From NCBI GenBank assembly GCA_965203805.1, contig OZ241917.1, positions 3,968,001-4,032,000 on the forward strand: a stretch of DNA of 64,000 bases, written 5' to 3'. Source of the stretch: Candidatus Latescibacterota bacterium (GTDB lineage: Bacteria; Latescibacterota; UBA2968; GCA-2709665). A program made the translations under genes and the position numbers. Positions 48,105 to 58,198 of the stretch are shown piece by piece. Below the pieces are notes generated by a model that worked only from the letters and a program-made list of their open reading frames with translations, did not search any database and was not told where the DNA came from. Within the stretch, counting starts at the first letter, position 1; each line of letters begins with the position of its first letter.

Positions 48105-48962
48105 TTAAAGGCGGTGAGACGTGAGAAGGTAGACGGGAGATTACAACACCGCGATCCCCGGTCAGCGGTATGGCCACGCGATATCAATTCGTGGAGTTGC
48201 GACCTCACTTAAAGGCGGTGAGACGTGAGTGGGTAGACGGGAGATTATTCGCTCCGCGCAGAATAATATGGGTTGCAATAGTGATTAGCGAGATGTTTCG
48301 GTCATGCCTGCGCCAACACTGTGACGACGCCGTCTTGAGGGTGGGGCGGACATTCCTGTCTGCCGCCACGATGTCATGCTGAGGCGGCGCGAGGGAAACC
48401 ATGCCTCCGCGCATACGGGCCGGTGAAGTCTTCCGCTGCACGTCGAGCGGAGAAGACGGGAGATTCTTCGCTGCGCTCAGAATGACACGTTTAGCGATAA
48501 CCATTGAGGAAGTGTATCAATCACACCGTCGCCCAAAACTGTCATCCTGAGGAAGCCGCCCTGCCTGCCAGCGGTTTATTGGCATGCAGGCTGACGAAGG
48601 ATCTACTGCGGCATCGCTTGATACCCGAGCGTCATTTGTCATTCGCCGCGACCTGACAGGCGGCACGTATGCACGCACACGGTCAGGCTGAGGCGGCCGC
48701 CAGGGAAACCAGGCCTCTGCGCATATGGGCCGGTGAAGTCTTCCGTTGCTCGTCAAACCGAGACGTGAGCGATTGTCTGCACTGTGCGGTTTCATTTCTT
48801 GCCAGAGGCACAAAGGAAGAACCAATTGGGCAAGGATGTCATCTACCGTCTTGCGTCTCACGTCTCCCCGGTTTTATTGCCCTGTGAGGTCTCAATTCCG
48901 GCCGGAGGCATTGAGAAAGAGCATATCGGGCAAGGATTTCCTCTACCGTCTCCCCTCTCTTC
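48105..48962. repeat. Cluster of REP/MITE-like repeats (families A, B, C and an ~80-bp direct repeat)
   Basis: REP-A at 48341, family B at 48461 and 48541, family C at 48108, 48210 and 48770; direct repeat 48373-48452 vs 48682-48762. Confidence 0.75.
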
Positions 48963-48965
48963 GAT

Positions 48966-50570
48966 TTACCATCCCCACTCACCTTCGCGGTAATAGCTAT
49001 CCACCACCGGCGCCAGTTCCGTATTCACTGCCAGTTCTTCGACGCCATCGAACATGCCCTTCCAGAAGTGCAGCATGCCCAACATCGCCTCTCGGTTCAG
49101 GAAGACGGTCTCGACGTCCGAAAAGCGCAGCGCCAATGCCCTGCGTTTCAGGTCCGCTTCCGAAATCACCTCTTCCTTCATGCCCAGGTGCCACCCCCAA
49201 TCCCCCATGGTCGGAATCGCATTGTGGTAGGGCAACACACGGAAGCCCGACGCCTTCATGGTCCGGTACACGCAAAGAAACGCCCGTCTGGCGTGGAGCG
49301 GGCTGGAACTCTGCGTCACGAGAACCCCGTGTTGCGACAGATGCCGCCTGCACGCCGTATAGAACTCCTTCGAATACAGTCGGGCGAGGTCCGGCCCCTT
49401 GGGGTCCGGCAGATCGACGAGAATGACATCATAAATCCTATCGTCGTCTGCCAGAAACCGCCCTGCGTCACGGGTCGCTATCGTCACGCGATCATCGGTA
49501 AACGCGCCGTCATTCGCATCGACAAATACGGGATGGGTCCGCGCCAGCCGGATCATTTCGGGATCCAGGTCCACCAGCGTCACCCGTTTCACATCGCCGT
49601 ATTTCAATACTTCCCGGAGCGCCAGTCCATCCCCTCCACCCAGAATCAGCACCCGTTCCCTGGATGCCGCCAGTCCCATTGCCGGGTGTACGAGGGGCTC
49701 GTGGTACCGTTCCTCGTCGTACGTGCTGAATTGCATGCCGCCGTTCAGGTACAACCAATGGTACCCCTTCCACTGCGTCACCACGATCCGCTGGTACGGG
49801 GTCTGTGCCTCGTAGATCACGCGGTCCCGGTAACGGCTCTGCTCTCCGTATTGAACGATGGGCTTCATGTACACGCCCAGGGCAATCAGTCCGGCCGCGG
49901 TGAGCCAGAATGCGGCGATCAGCGCTTTGCGCCGTACCAGCAGGGCCCGATATTGCCACAACAGCGCGGATGCAACCGCGAAATTGACCGCCCCAAGCGC
50001 GATCGGCGTATACGTCAATCCCAGCTTCGGCAACGCGAAAAACGCAAACAGCAGCCCCCCCGCGAGCGCGCCGAAATAGTCCTTCTCCAAGACAGAGGCG
50101 ATATTGGTTCGCAGCACCTCGTACGCGTCGTTCATGCGCGTGACAAGGGGAATCTCCAGTCCGATCAGAAGTCCGATCGCTGCCGCATAGGCATAAATAA
50201 TGGCGCTCGTCCCCTCGACGAACGCCGTACCCCAATAGGCCGCTGCGGCAGACGTTGCACACAGCACCGACAGGATAAATTCAACCGCGATAAACCGGTC
50301 CAGCAACCGCTCGGTGAGATATCGGCTCAGCCGGCTTCCGAGCCCCATCGTAAAAAACATCAACGACATCACCAGCGTCCACTGCAATGTCGTGTTTCCA
50401 AGCAGATAGCTGGCCAGCGTCGAGAGCACGAACTCCGCGACGATTCCGGCCAGCCCCGTCGCGAACAGACACGCCTTCAACAGCCGGCCGCTTCCGGTTC
50501 CTCCCGGTGTTACGGTCGGGGCGGCTCCTCCGGCACCACGGCCTTCCGGGACGCTGTCTTTTACCGACAT
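48966..50570 (-). CDS. speE: Membrane-bound polyamine aminopropyltransferase (spermidine synthase-like)
   Basis: Multi-TM N-terminus; TPYQRI, DEERYHEPLVHP, ILGGGDGLALRE, VDLD, VDLPDP. Confidence 0.92.
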   Translation of the reverse strand: MSVKDSVPEGRGAGGAAPTVTPGGTGSGRLLKACLFATGLAGIVAEFVLSTLASYLLGNTTLQWTLVMSLMFFTMGLGSRLSRYLTERLLDRFIAVEFILSVLCATSAAAAYWGTAFVEGTSAIIYAYAAAIGLLIGLEIPLVTRMNDAYEVLRTNIASVLEKDYFGALAGGLLFAFFALPKLGLTYTPIALGAVNFAVASALLWQYRALLVRRKALIAAFWLTAAGLIALGVYMKPIVQYGEQSRYRDRVIYEAQTPYQRIVVTQWKGYHWLYLNGGMQFSTYDEERYHEPLVHPAMGLAASRERVLILGGGDGLALREVLKYGDVKRVTLVDLDPEMIRLARTHPVFVDANDGAFTDDRVTIATRDAGRFLADDDRIYDVILVDLPDPKGPDLARLYSKEFYTACRRHLSQHGVLVTQSSSPLHARRAFLCVYRTMKASGFRVLPYHNAIPTMGDWGWHLGMKEEVISEADLKRRALALRFSDVETVFLNREAMLGMLHFWKGMFDGVEELAVNTELAPVVDSYYREGEWGW

Positions 50571-50598
50571 ACCCGTTTCTTCTGTCCGGGACAGAACA

Positions 50599-51399
50599 TC
50601 AGACGGCTTTACACGTCAATCCGCCATCCACGACGAGTTCGGCGCCCGTGACGTATTTCGCCTCGTCCGAAGCCAGGTACAGGGCCGCGTAGGCCACGTC
50701 CCAGGCATCGCCCATCCTGCCCATCGGACACTGACTGTCGCGAATCTCGATCATCCTCTCGACGTCGCCTTCCGCGTAAAACTCGGCCAGAGACTTCGCT
50801 ACCATCGGCGTATTCATGAATCCCGGCAATATGGCATTGGCGCGGATGTTTTTCTTCGCGTACTGCATGGCGATACTCTGGGTCAGCTGATTCACACCAC
50901 CCTTGGTCGCGCTGTAGGAAACATAGGGCACGCCCAGCCAGCGGATGGAGGTGATCGACGAAATATTCACGATCGCTCCTCCCCCCTGGCGTTCCATGTG
51001 CGGAAGCACATGCTTGCATGTCAGGAACATGCTCTTGAGATTCACGTCAACCACGCGGTCCCAGGTTTCCTCGCTGAGTTCGGCGCACCCGCCCACCTGG
51101 AGAATACCGACGTTATTGTGCAGAATATCGATTCGGTCGTACGTGTCAATGCATCCGGCGACCAGCGTATCGACGTCTTCCGACCTCGATACGTCCGCCG
51201 TGTGAGCCGTACAGTTCCCTCCCTCACCCGCGATAATGTCGCGGGTCTCCGCCGCCGCGTCCGGATTGATATCCACGGCGAATACGCGGGCGCCTTCCCT
51301 CGCGAAGAGAACGGCCGCCGCCTTGCCGTTACCCCATCCGGGTCCGACCGAACCGGCCCCCGTCACGATCGCGACCTTATTTTGGAGACGATTTCCCAC
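50599..51399 (-). CDS. Short-chain dehydrogenase/reductase
   Basis: VTGAGSVGPGWGNG, NNVG, NISS, YSATK, VDGG. Confidence 0.95.
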   Translation of the reverse strand: MGNRLQNKVAIVTGAGSVGPGWGNGKAAAVLFAREGARVFAVDINPDAAAETRDIIAGEGGNCTAHTADVSRSEDVDTLVAGCIDTYDRIDILHNNVGILQVGGCAELSEETWDRVVDVNLKSMFLTCKHVLPHMERQGGGAIVNISSITSIRWLGVPYVSYSATKGGVNQLTQSIAMQYAKKNIRANAILPGFMNTPMVAKSLAEFYAEGDVERMIEIRDSQCPMGRMGDAWDVAYAALYLASDEAKYVTGAELVVDGGLTCKAV

Positions 51400-51411
51400 T
51401 CTTGCCGTTTC

Positions 51412-52257
51412 CTACAGAGCCCACACGATCAGCAGCGACGCGCCCACGTATGAAAACGCTTCGATGAATCCGGCGCCCAGGTGCGGCTTTTCGGGATCTG
51501 AAATCTCAGCCGACAGATTCAGGCCCGGCAACAGGATCTTGTCCGTGGCAACACGCACCAGCAGCAGCAGGACCAGTCCGATGACCACCTCGAGCGCGAA
51601 TCCCTGCAGGCTCGTCGTCCACGAAATAAAGTCTCCCGCAACCGCATGCCGCACGACAATGCCGATGCCCACCAACGCGCCGGCGAACGCCACACCTGCC
51701 GCCGCGTTGTCCCGTTCGATTTCCTTATGCAGGTCGTACGGCGTCGCCCAGTTGTAGACGATGCCGGCCAATACCAGAGCCGCCTGCCCCAGCACCCAGA
51801 ACGCGAGCGTTGTGCCCAGACCGCCCAGTTCGCCGGAAACGGCGCCGAAAATCACCAGACCGGTGGCGATGTACGAGGCGCATACCACGGCGCCGGTCCC
51901 CGAATTCTGATCCCTGATAATTTCGTCGCGAATGGAGAACTGGTGCAGGATCAACCGGTCGTTGATGATCCGGGACAGGTTCATCAGCACGATCGACAAC
52001 GGGCCGTAAATGAGTACGTCGATCAGGTCGAGCTCAAGTCCATGTGACGGTCCCGAAATCACCCCTCCGATGGCCATCACCAGTCCGAAAAAGTACCCCA
52101 TGATCGCGACGGAAAGCGCCGTATTGTCCTTCTCGACAAGCTCCTCTTTCACCCGGTAGCTCGGCGTGGTCCAGTCGTATACCAGCTTTCCGATCCAGAA
52201 CAGCAGGTAAGCGCAGACAAGGTAAATCCCCGATTCCATCAAGTTGTCCAACGTCAT
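51412..52257 (-). CDS. DUF350 (YjfL-like) membrane protein, tandem domains
   Basis: Repeated TPxY..EE/KE(L/I)..DNxA motifs followed by TM helices; overlaps the upstream stop (ATGA). Confidence 0.85.
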   Translation of the reverse strand: MTLDNLMESGIYLVCAYLLFWIGKLVYDWTTPSYRVKEELVEKDNTALSVAIMGYFFGLVMAIGGVISGPSHGLELDLIDVLIYGPLSIVLMNLSRIINDRLILHQFSIRDEIIRDQNSGTGAVVCASYIATGLVIFGAVSGELGGLGTTLAFWVLGQAALVLAGIVYNWATPYDLHKEIERDNAAAGVAFAGALVGIGIVVRHAVAGDFISWTTSLQGFALEVVIGLVLLLLVRVATDKILLPGLNLSAEISDPEKPHLGAGFIEAFSYVGASLLIVWAL

Positions 52258-52940
52258 TTTCCAAACCTCCCTCTGCTGCGGCTGCCAAAGCCCGATCTGT
52301 TGCGACCGGACCGGTCCCGGACCCTCTGGGAAAAGGACCGCTGCCTGTTTGCAATCGCCTGTTGCCGGCGCTTGTAAAACCCCGGCCTTTGTCTCTTCGT
52401 GACCGACCCTTCGGTACCGTACTCGCGGTTGCGACCATAGTACGGCCGCCGGCGGTCGCGGCTGTTGCGATAGTCGTCATAGTCGTTCCGGTAAATCTGC
52501 CGCCCGTAGCCTCCGCCCATCAAGTCCCGCATCAATGCGTACTGTCCGTAGAACACCCAGAAACTCCCGCCGCCGCCCCAATGTCCGTAATTCGGGTTTC
52601 CAACGTAGTGGTATCCGGCAGGATGAGGCGTGTCGTTCACGCCCTGGTCCGACTTGGCCACAATGGCCATGCCAAGAAACGGGAGATACTTCCGATAGAC
52701 CTCGTACGGCACCTCGATCCAATCCGTCGTGCGCCGCCGTTCACCCTGGACTACCGTGTACTTATGGTAGTAGTCCGTAGAGAAGGTCCCGGCCTCCCTC
52801 ATGTCTTCCAGTATAATCATATACTCGGGCGCGTTCGCCAGGCTCTTCCGCATTTCCTGGACGGGGTCCCGTGCGCTGCACCCGGCAACCCAGAGCGTGA
52901 CGAATGCAATTACCGGCCATCGAAACTGTCGCATAAGCAT
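52254..52940 (-). CDS. Lipoprotein with Gly/Arg/Ser-rich C-terminal tail
   Basis: Lipobox VAG-C; PAGYHYVGNPNYGHW..SFWVFYGQYA; ends SRSRGRFGK; AAGGAG RBS. Confidence 0.8.
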   Translation of the reverse strand: MLMRQFRWPVIAFVTLWVAGCSARDPVQEMRKSLANAPEYMIILEDMREAGTFSTDYYHKYTVVQGERRRTTDWIEVPYEVYRKYLPFLGMAIVAKSDQGVNDTPHPAGYHYVGNPNYGHWGGGGSFWVFYGQYALMRDLMGGGYGRQIYRNDYDDYRNSRDRRRPYYGRNREYGTEGSVTKRQRPGFYKRRQQAIANRQRSFSQRVRDRSGRNRSGFGSRSRGRFGK

Positions 52941-53082
52941 CTCCTTCGGTCAACAAAGAAGCAGACCCGGGGAAACCGTCCTCACACACGGAAGCGGACA
53001 GGAAGCGATACGAGGCGTTCCGTCACGCGGTCGGGATACACCCGGCGTGAGAGGCGCACTTCGCGATTGCGCCTCCGGTACA

Positions 53083-53146
53083 AAGATAGCCCGGCCCGAA
53101 CGGCATGTCAAGGTGCTTGCCCGTAGACCGGAGGGCTTGGTATATT
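53083..53146. promoter_or_regulatory. Back-to-back sigma70-type promoters
   Basis: Minus strand: TTGACA (53106-53111), 17 bp, TATCTT (53083-53088). Plus strand: TTGCCC (53117-53122), 18 bp, TATATT (53141-53146) with a TG extension. Confidence 0.55.
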
Positions 53147-53188
53147 GTGCAGCGAACATCGTCAATTTACCAGGAAGGAACCCCGCGC

Positions 53189-56100
53189 ATGGGTTTTGCA
53201 GTCGATACCTCGCCGCCGCCGGACCGCCATCCCCCGATCACACCGGCCGACGGTTCCGTCGCGATCCAGAATCCCCCGGCCCTGATCTGGCGCGCTGACG
53301 ACAGGGCCGCCACGTACATCGTGGAAATCTGCAGAAATTCCGGCTTTCGGGGTGAGATTATCCGCAGCGCGGGCATCGACATGCCGTTCCACAACCCGTC
53401 GAACGAACTCGACAGCGGCGCCTGGTACTGGCGTTACTTCGCGATCACGTCCGGGGGCGAGCAATCCCGACCCGGTCCTGTCCGGAGCTTTGAGATCACG
53501 TCCGAATCCGTCCCGCTTCCCGTACCCCCGACGGAGCGCATCTTCGACGAGATGCCGGACCACCCCCGCATCTTTGTGACCCCGGACACCCTGGAGGAGT
53601 TCCGCGCGCGAAGGCACGGACCGGCGCGTGAGGCCTGGCGTCACCTCAAACACCGGGCCGATGCCCTGATTCAGAGCCAACCGCCCCGACTGAGCCTGCA
53701 ATCCGTGCCGCGAAACCTCGGCGAACGACGCGGACAGGTCTTTCATTTGAAGGATGGCCGCGTAACATTTCCGGCAAACTACCAGGTTGCCGAACTCAAG
53801 AGAGGCGCGGACCACGCCAATGCACTCTCCTTTGCGTATCTGATCTCCGGCCACGAAGCGTACGCCGCGGCAGCGAGACGCTGGTTGGCTTTTCTTTCGC
53901 ACTTCCGCGTTGACATCCACCTCGAGGACCGCGGGCAGCACGACACGGTCGTTTACTGCTACGAGTTCGGCCTGAAGGGGACGGCTCTCGCCTACGATCG
54001 GTTGTACCCCCTGCTTGAATCAGAGGAACGCGCACTTGTTCTGGCGCACATCGAGTTCCATTGCGAAGCCGCTTACCGGTGGCTCAGAGACGGGCTTCAG
54101 ATTCACCTGAATTATCAGAATTCTCACGGTCAGCAGTGCATGCATGCGCTGCTGACCACGGTTCTGGCCATTGCGACCGAATCCGCCAGGACCCGGGAGT
54201 GGGCCGACTATCTTATCCGCCAGTACGTCAACCGGATCGCGTGGGGAAGCGTCGACGGCGGGTATACCGAAGGCCAGAAATACGGCCACAAGATTCAATT
54301 CATCCTGGAAGCCCTCGCCGCCCTCAGGTCCTCAACGGGTCTGGACGTCTTCCGCGAACCCCGATGGCGGAATTCCGGCGCATTCTGGTTGTACTGCATG
54401 TCCCTCAATTACTGGTGGAACCACTGGGGTGACTGCTATTCCCTGATCGACCCCAATTTCGGCAGCGACGCCGATACGTACGTTTCCGCCTTTCTATCCG
54501 CGATGACCGGGGATCCCACGGTCAAGTGGTGGAGCGATACCCGGGTCTGCAACCCGGTCCATCTCCCGCTCCAGTATCTCGCCGACAGCGGCGTTTCGTC
54601 CCGCCCACCCGTGGATATCGCGCAGGCCCGCCTGTTTCCCGACGTCGGGCAACTCGCCGCGTTCGACCGGTTCTATGACCAGGGAAGCGCCCGCATCTTC
54701 TTCAGAAGCAGTCCATGGGGAGATCACAGCCACGCCCACCAGGACCAGAACGGCTTCGTCCTCCACGCCGGGGGCGAGATCCTCTGCTGCGATGCGGGCT
54801 ACTACACCTATTCCGGCGATACCTACCATTCCCGGTGGAGCCGGACCACACAGGCGCACAATTCAATCCTCGTCGATGGCGAGAGTCAGCGCCGGGGCAT
54901 TGCCCACAAGGGAAAGATAACGGCCTTTTTCAACACGCCCGATGCCTGTGTCTTCACGGGAGACGCCTCTGGCGCGTATGGGGAACTGCTGCAAAAGTTC
55001 CAACGCCACGTCCTCTTCATCAGGCCCGACGTTTTTGTCGTCTGTGACGATCTCGAGGCTTCCGAACCCCGTGAATACGCCTGGACGCTCAACACCTTCG
55101 AACGGGCGGAAATAGACGAGAGCGGTCGATGCATGACCGTCAGGCAGCGGGACCAGCGCCTCCTGGTCCGTCACCTGGCGGGCGGCCCCCTGAAGTACAC
55201 GCAGGACAACGACCGTCCGTTTCCGTTGAAAACCCGGGACTGGTGCCGTTTTACCGAAGCCTTTCCCCAGCAATGGAACATCCGGGTGACCACTGAGAGA
55301 AGCCCGACCGCGCGGATCATCTCGGTGCTGCATACGTACACGAAAACGGGAGGGCCGGGAGTCGACGACATCCGACCCGTGGAAGCAGCCGGTGGAGGAG
55401 GTGTCGGCTTTCGTTCCGGTAACGCGACCGAATGCGTCCTGTACCGGAACGGAAGTCGCGGCGCGATTGAAGGCGCGGGTATTCGGTCGGACGCCCGGAT
55501 CGTCAACGTCCGTCGTCGCGGAGACCGGCTCCAGCGCTGGCTGCTTCATGGCGGAAAACGGCTCAGTCTGGAAGGCAAAGACCTCCTGGTGGCCGATGCG
55601 GCATGCGATGCCGCCGCGAGTTACAACCTGCGAAGCGCCCGTGCGCAGGTCCAGGTCAGGCGCCGGGAAGCCGTGCGCCTCGCCATCCACCTCCCCGATG
55701 CGCCGCGCGCCGTGGTCGCGTCGACGCCGGATCGGCCCGGAAGCGCGAAGTCGATCGATTTCACATGGCGCGAAGGTAAGGTCGAAGTTGAACTGAACAA
55801 CGCGGGCGAATCCGTGCTGTGGATTGACCCGGTCAAGGACCTCACGGTCTCTCCGCGTTCGCTCCGGATGAAGCTGAACGACGGCGCCGGCGAAGCGTCA
55901 CTGAGGCTGGAGGCCGCTGTCGCGGACAACGGCGACATCATCGCCTTTGCCGAGATCAGTCCGCGGGAGCCGGGTATCTATGAACTCGTCTCGGAAGACA
56001 CGGAGTTGCTCGTCCAGGACCGGTGGGACCCGGACTTGAGCGCGCGAGGGAATGGCCGTGTCACGGCCTGTCTGAGAGAGGGAGCGGAAATATTCGTCCG

Positions 56101-56611
56101 CTACCCGCCCGGCCTGCGACCGCATCTCCGGGCATCCCTGGTTGAGAGCCACAAAGGGCAGCTCGTCAACCTGCTCTGCAACGGCGGCTTCGAAGCCGGC
56201 ATCGTGGATTACCCGCCCCGTTACTGGAACGTGCAGCATCCCCGAACACACGATCCCGGCTGGCCGGCGTGGAGTACGGAGGATGCGGCGGACGGAAGCG
56301 CATGTTTGAAGTTCACGAGGCCCGGGGATCCCATTTCGCTCAAGAGCCGCCCCATGCGTCTGCGGACGCCGGGTCGCTATCACCTGCGGTTCAAGGCCCG
56401 GGGTTCCGCCACCCATGCGCAGGTTTCCGTGTCGGGTCAGCAGGGAACGCATCTCGTGGTTCCGGTCCGCCCCTGCGAGGCGTGGACGGAGTACCGGGCG
56501 GAACTGGACGTACAACAGGGCTATACAACCGTGTCCGTCTCGTTCAATAGGGGAGGAGAACCGGGCCAGGTCGTGTGGGTGGACGACATGGTATTCGGGT
56601 ATATCGCATAG
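53189..56611 (+). CDS. DUF4962 + heparinase II/III-like polysaccharide lyase with C-terminal CBM4/9-like domain
   Basis: QNPPALIW..WYWRY, HPRIFVT, DGGYTEG..Y, HSHAHQDQNGF, AHNSILVDG; C-terminal NLLCNGGFE..VWVDD. Confidence 0.82.
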   Translation: MGFAVDTSPPPDRHPPITPADGSVAIQNPPALIWRADDRAATYIVEICRNSGFRGEIIRSAGIDMPFHNPSNELDSGAWYWRYFAITSGGEQSRPGPVRSFEITSESVPLPVPPTERIFDEMPDHPRIFVTPDTLEEFRARRHGPAREAWRHLKHRADALIQSQPPRLSLQSVPRNLGERRGQVFHLKDGRVTFPANYQVAELKRGADHANALSFAYLISGHEAYAAAARRWLAFLSHFRVDIHLEDRGQHDTVVYCYEFGLKGTALAYDRLYPLLESEERALVLAHIEFHCEAAYRWLRDGLQIHLNYQNSHGQQCMHALLTTVLAIATESARTREWADYLIRQYVNRIAWGSVDGGYTEGQKYGHKIQFILEALAALRSSTGLDVFREPRWRNSGAFWLYCMSLNYWWNHWGDCYSLIDPNFGSDADTYVSAFLSAMTGDPTVKWWSDTRVCNPVHLPLQYLADSGVSSRPPVDIAQARLFPDVGQLAAFDRFYDQGSARIFFRSSPWGDHSHAHQDQNGFVLHAGGEILCCDAGYYTYSGDTYHSRWSRTTQAHNSILVDGESQRRGIAHKGKITAFFNTPDACVFTGDASGAYGELLQKFQRHVLFIRPDVFVVCDDLEASEPREYAWTLNTFERAEIDESGRCMTVRQRDQRLLVRHLAGGPLKYTQDNDRPFPLKTRDWCRFTEAFPQQWNIRVTTERSPTARIISVLHTYTKTGGPGVDDIRPVEAAGGGGVGFRSGNATECVLYRNGSRGAIEGAGIRSDARIVNVRRRGDRLQRWLLHGGKRLSLEGKDLLVADAACDAAASYNLRSARAQVQVRRREAVRLAIHLPDAPRAVVASTPDRPGSAKSIDFTWREGKVEVELNNAGESVLWIDPVKDLTVSPRSLRMKLNDGAGEASLRLEAAVADNGDIIAFAEISPREPGIYELVSEDTELLVQDRWDPDLSARGNGRVTACLREGAEIFVRYPPGLRPHLRASLVESHKGQLVNLLCNGGFEAGIVDYPPRYWNVQHPRTHDPGWPAWSTEDAADGSACLKFTRPGDPISLKSRPMRLRTPGRYHLRFKARGSATHAQVSVSGQQGTHLVVPVRPCEAWTEYRAELDVQQGYTTVSVSFNRGGEPGQVVWVDDMVFGYIA

Positions 56612-56682
56612 CGGCCGGCGCAAGGCCGTGAGCTCCTGTCCGGAATGGGACGGACGCAAGACATCATGCCGGGAGGTAGAGA

Positions 56683-57432
56683 ATGAGCCCGCGAGTACTT
56701 TTCGAAATCTGCGTCGGTTCCCCGCAAGGCGCAATTGCGGCGCAGGGGGGCGGCGCACATCGCGTTGAACTGTGCGATAATCTGATGGAAGGCGGCGCCA
56801 CGCCCAGCGCGGGCGCCATTCAGGTTGCCCGCAGGCATTTGGACATAGGTCTCAACGTGATCGTACGGCCGAGAGGAGGCGATTTCTGCTATTCAGACGT
56901 GGAGTTCGAAACGATGGTGCGGGACGTCGAGGCGGCCGCCGAGTCAGGCGCGGACGGGATTGTGATCGGCCTTCTGAATCCGGACGGATCGGTCGACGTG
57001 GAGCGCACCGGCGCCCTCATCGAGCGTATCCGCCCGCTTCCCGTAACGTTCCACCGCGCGTTCGACATGACCGCCGACCCATACCGGGCGCTGGAGGACC
57101 TGGTTTCCCTCGGCGTGGACCGGGTACTCACTTCGGGGCAGGAAATTTCGGCGCTGGAAGGGGTCGATCTGATCGCGGAACTGATTGAAGGGGCAGCCGG
57201 CCGGATCGTGGTTATGCCGGGGGGCGGAATCACGGAACGCAACGTTGCCAGGGTCGCGGCGGGCACCGGCGCCCGTGAAATCCACGTTGCGGCCGGGAGC
57301 AGCGTAGCCAGCCGGATGACGTTCCGCAACCCCAACGCCTTTATGGGCGGCGAGTTGCGCCCCCCTGAATTCTCGCATTCACTCACGGACTCCAACCGCG
57401 TCAGGGCCTTTATGGACGCCGTGAACGGATGA
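56683..57432 (+). CDS. cutC: CutC-family protein
   Basis: FEICV, RVELC..EGGATPS, VIVRPRGGDF, VTFHRAFD, RVLTSG, MPGGG. Confidence 0.95.
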   Translation: MSPRVLFEICVGSPQGAIAAQGGGAHRVELCDNLMEGGATPSAGAIQVARRHLDIGLNVIVRPRGGDFCYSDVEFETMVRDVEAAAESGADGIVIGLLNPDGSVDVERTGALIERIRPLPVTFHRAFDMTADPYRALEDLVSLGVDRVLTSGQEISALEGVDLIAELIEGAAGRIVVMPGGGITERNVARVAAGTGAREIHVAAGSSVASRMTFRNPNAFMGGELRPPEFSHSLTDSNRVRAFMDAVNG

Positions 57433-57519
57433 CAGGGTCCGTCATTCGCGTGATTCCACCAGGTCCGGTTTCCATATATAATCGTCTGCCAACCAATATA
57501 CCATCGAGGAGACCTCACT

Positions 57520-58146
57520 ATGCGCATCATCGCCATCGGCTGTGAATACACCGGAAAGACAACCCTTTTCGACGCCCTCATGCAATGGGGGCGCGACCGG
57601 GGCATCGTCCATCACCTGGACGATCACTTCAGCATTCCGGACTGCCAGATGCTCAAGACCGAAGTCGACCAGCGGATCATGCTGGGTCTGCCCGAAGCGA
57701 TCAAGGAACGCTACCAGCGCTTCCAGCTTGCCTACCACGTCCGGCTGATCAACAAGTACGAACATATTCTGCTGGGTGGGTTTCACATAGAGGAGTACAT
57801 CTACGGCCCCCGGTACTATTACCCTGCTGTCGGCCGGCTCTCGGAAACGCCGAGGGCCTGGGAAGCCGAAATGCCGAAGGACACGATTCTGGTCCATCTG
57901 AAAGCCCGGGCCGACGTCGTTGAGAGACGCATGGAGGAAGACCGCCATACCTATCACATCGTCCCGAAGGAGGACGTCGAGGAGATTCTTGACGAATTCC
58001 AGGCGGAATACGGCGCCTGCTGGATCATGCGCAAATTCGAAATCGACACGTCCGACATGACGCCTCACGACCTTCTCCAGGCCTTTCTGGACGGGTCCGC
58101 CCCCTTTCTCAACGAGCGGGATGCGCTCACGCGGATGAACACGTAA
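57520..58146 (+). CDS. P-loop NMP-kinase-like protein of unknown substrate
   Basis: N-terminal IIAIGCEYTGKTT; LVHLKA..VVERR; IDTS; GAGG RBS. Confidence 0.7.
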   Translation: MRIIAIGCEYTGKTTLFDALMQWGRDRGIVHHLDDHFSIPDCQMLKTEVDQRIMLGLPEAIKERYQRFQLAYHVRLINKYEHILLGGFHIEEYIYGPRYYYPAVGRLSETPRAWEAEMPKDTILVHLKARADVVERRMEEDRHTYHIVPKEDVEEILDEFQAEYGACWIMRKFEIDTSDMTPHDLLQAFLDGSAPFLNERDALTRMNT

Positions 58147-58198
58147 GCGGGAAGCGGCATCATCATGGAAAAGGCCACTTTATAACGAAGAGGATTCA

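Noticed and set aside
46780-53100. Active invertible segment in the PspA cluster
   Set aside because: No inverted repeats found at the presumed breakpoints and no invertase; only a historical rearrangement is proposed.
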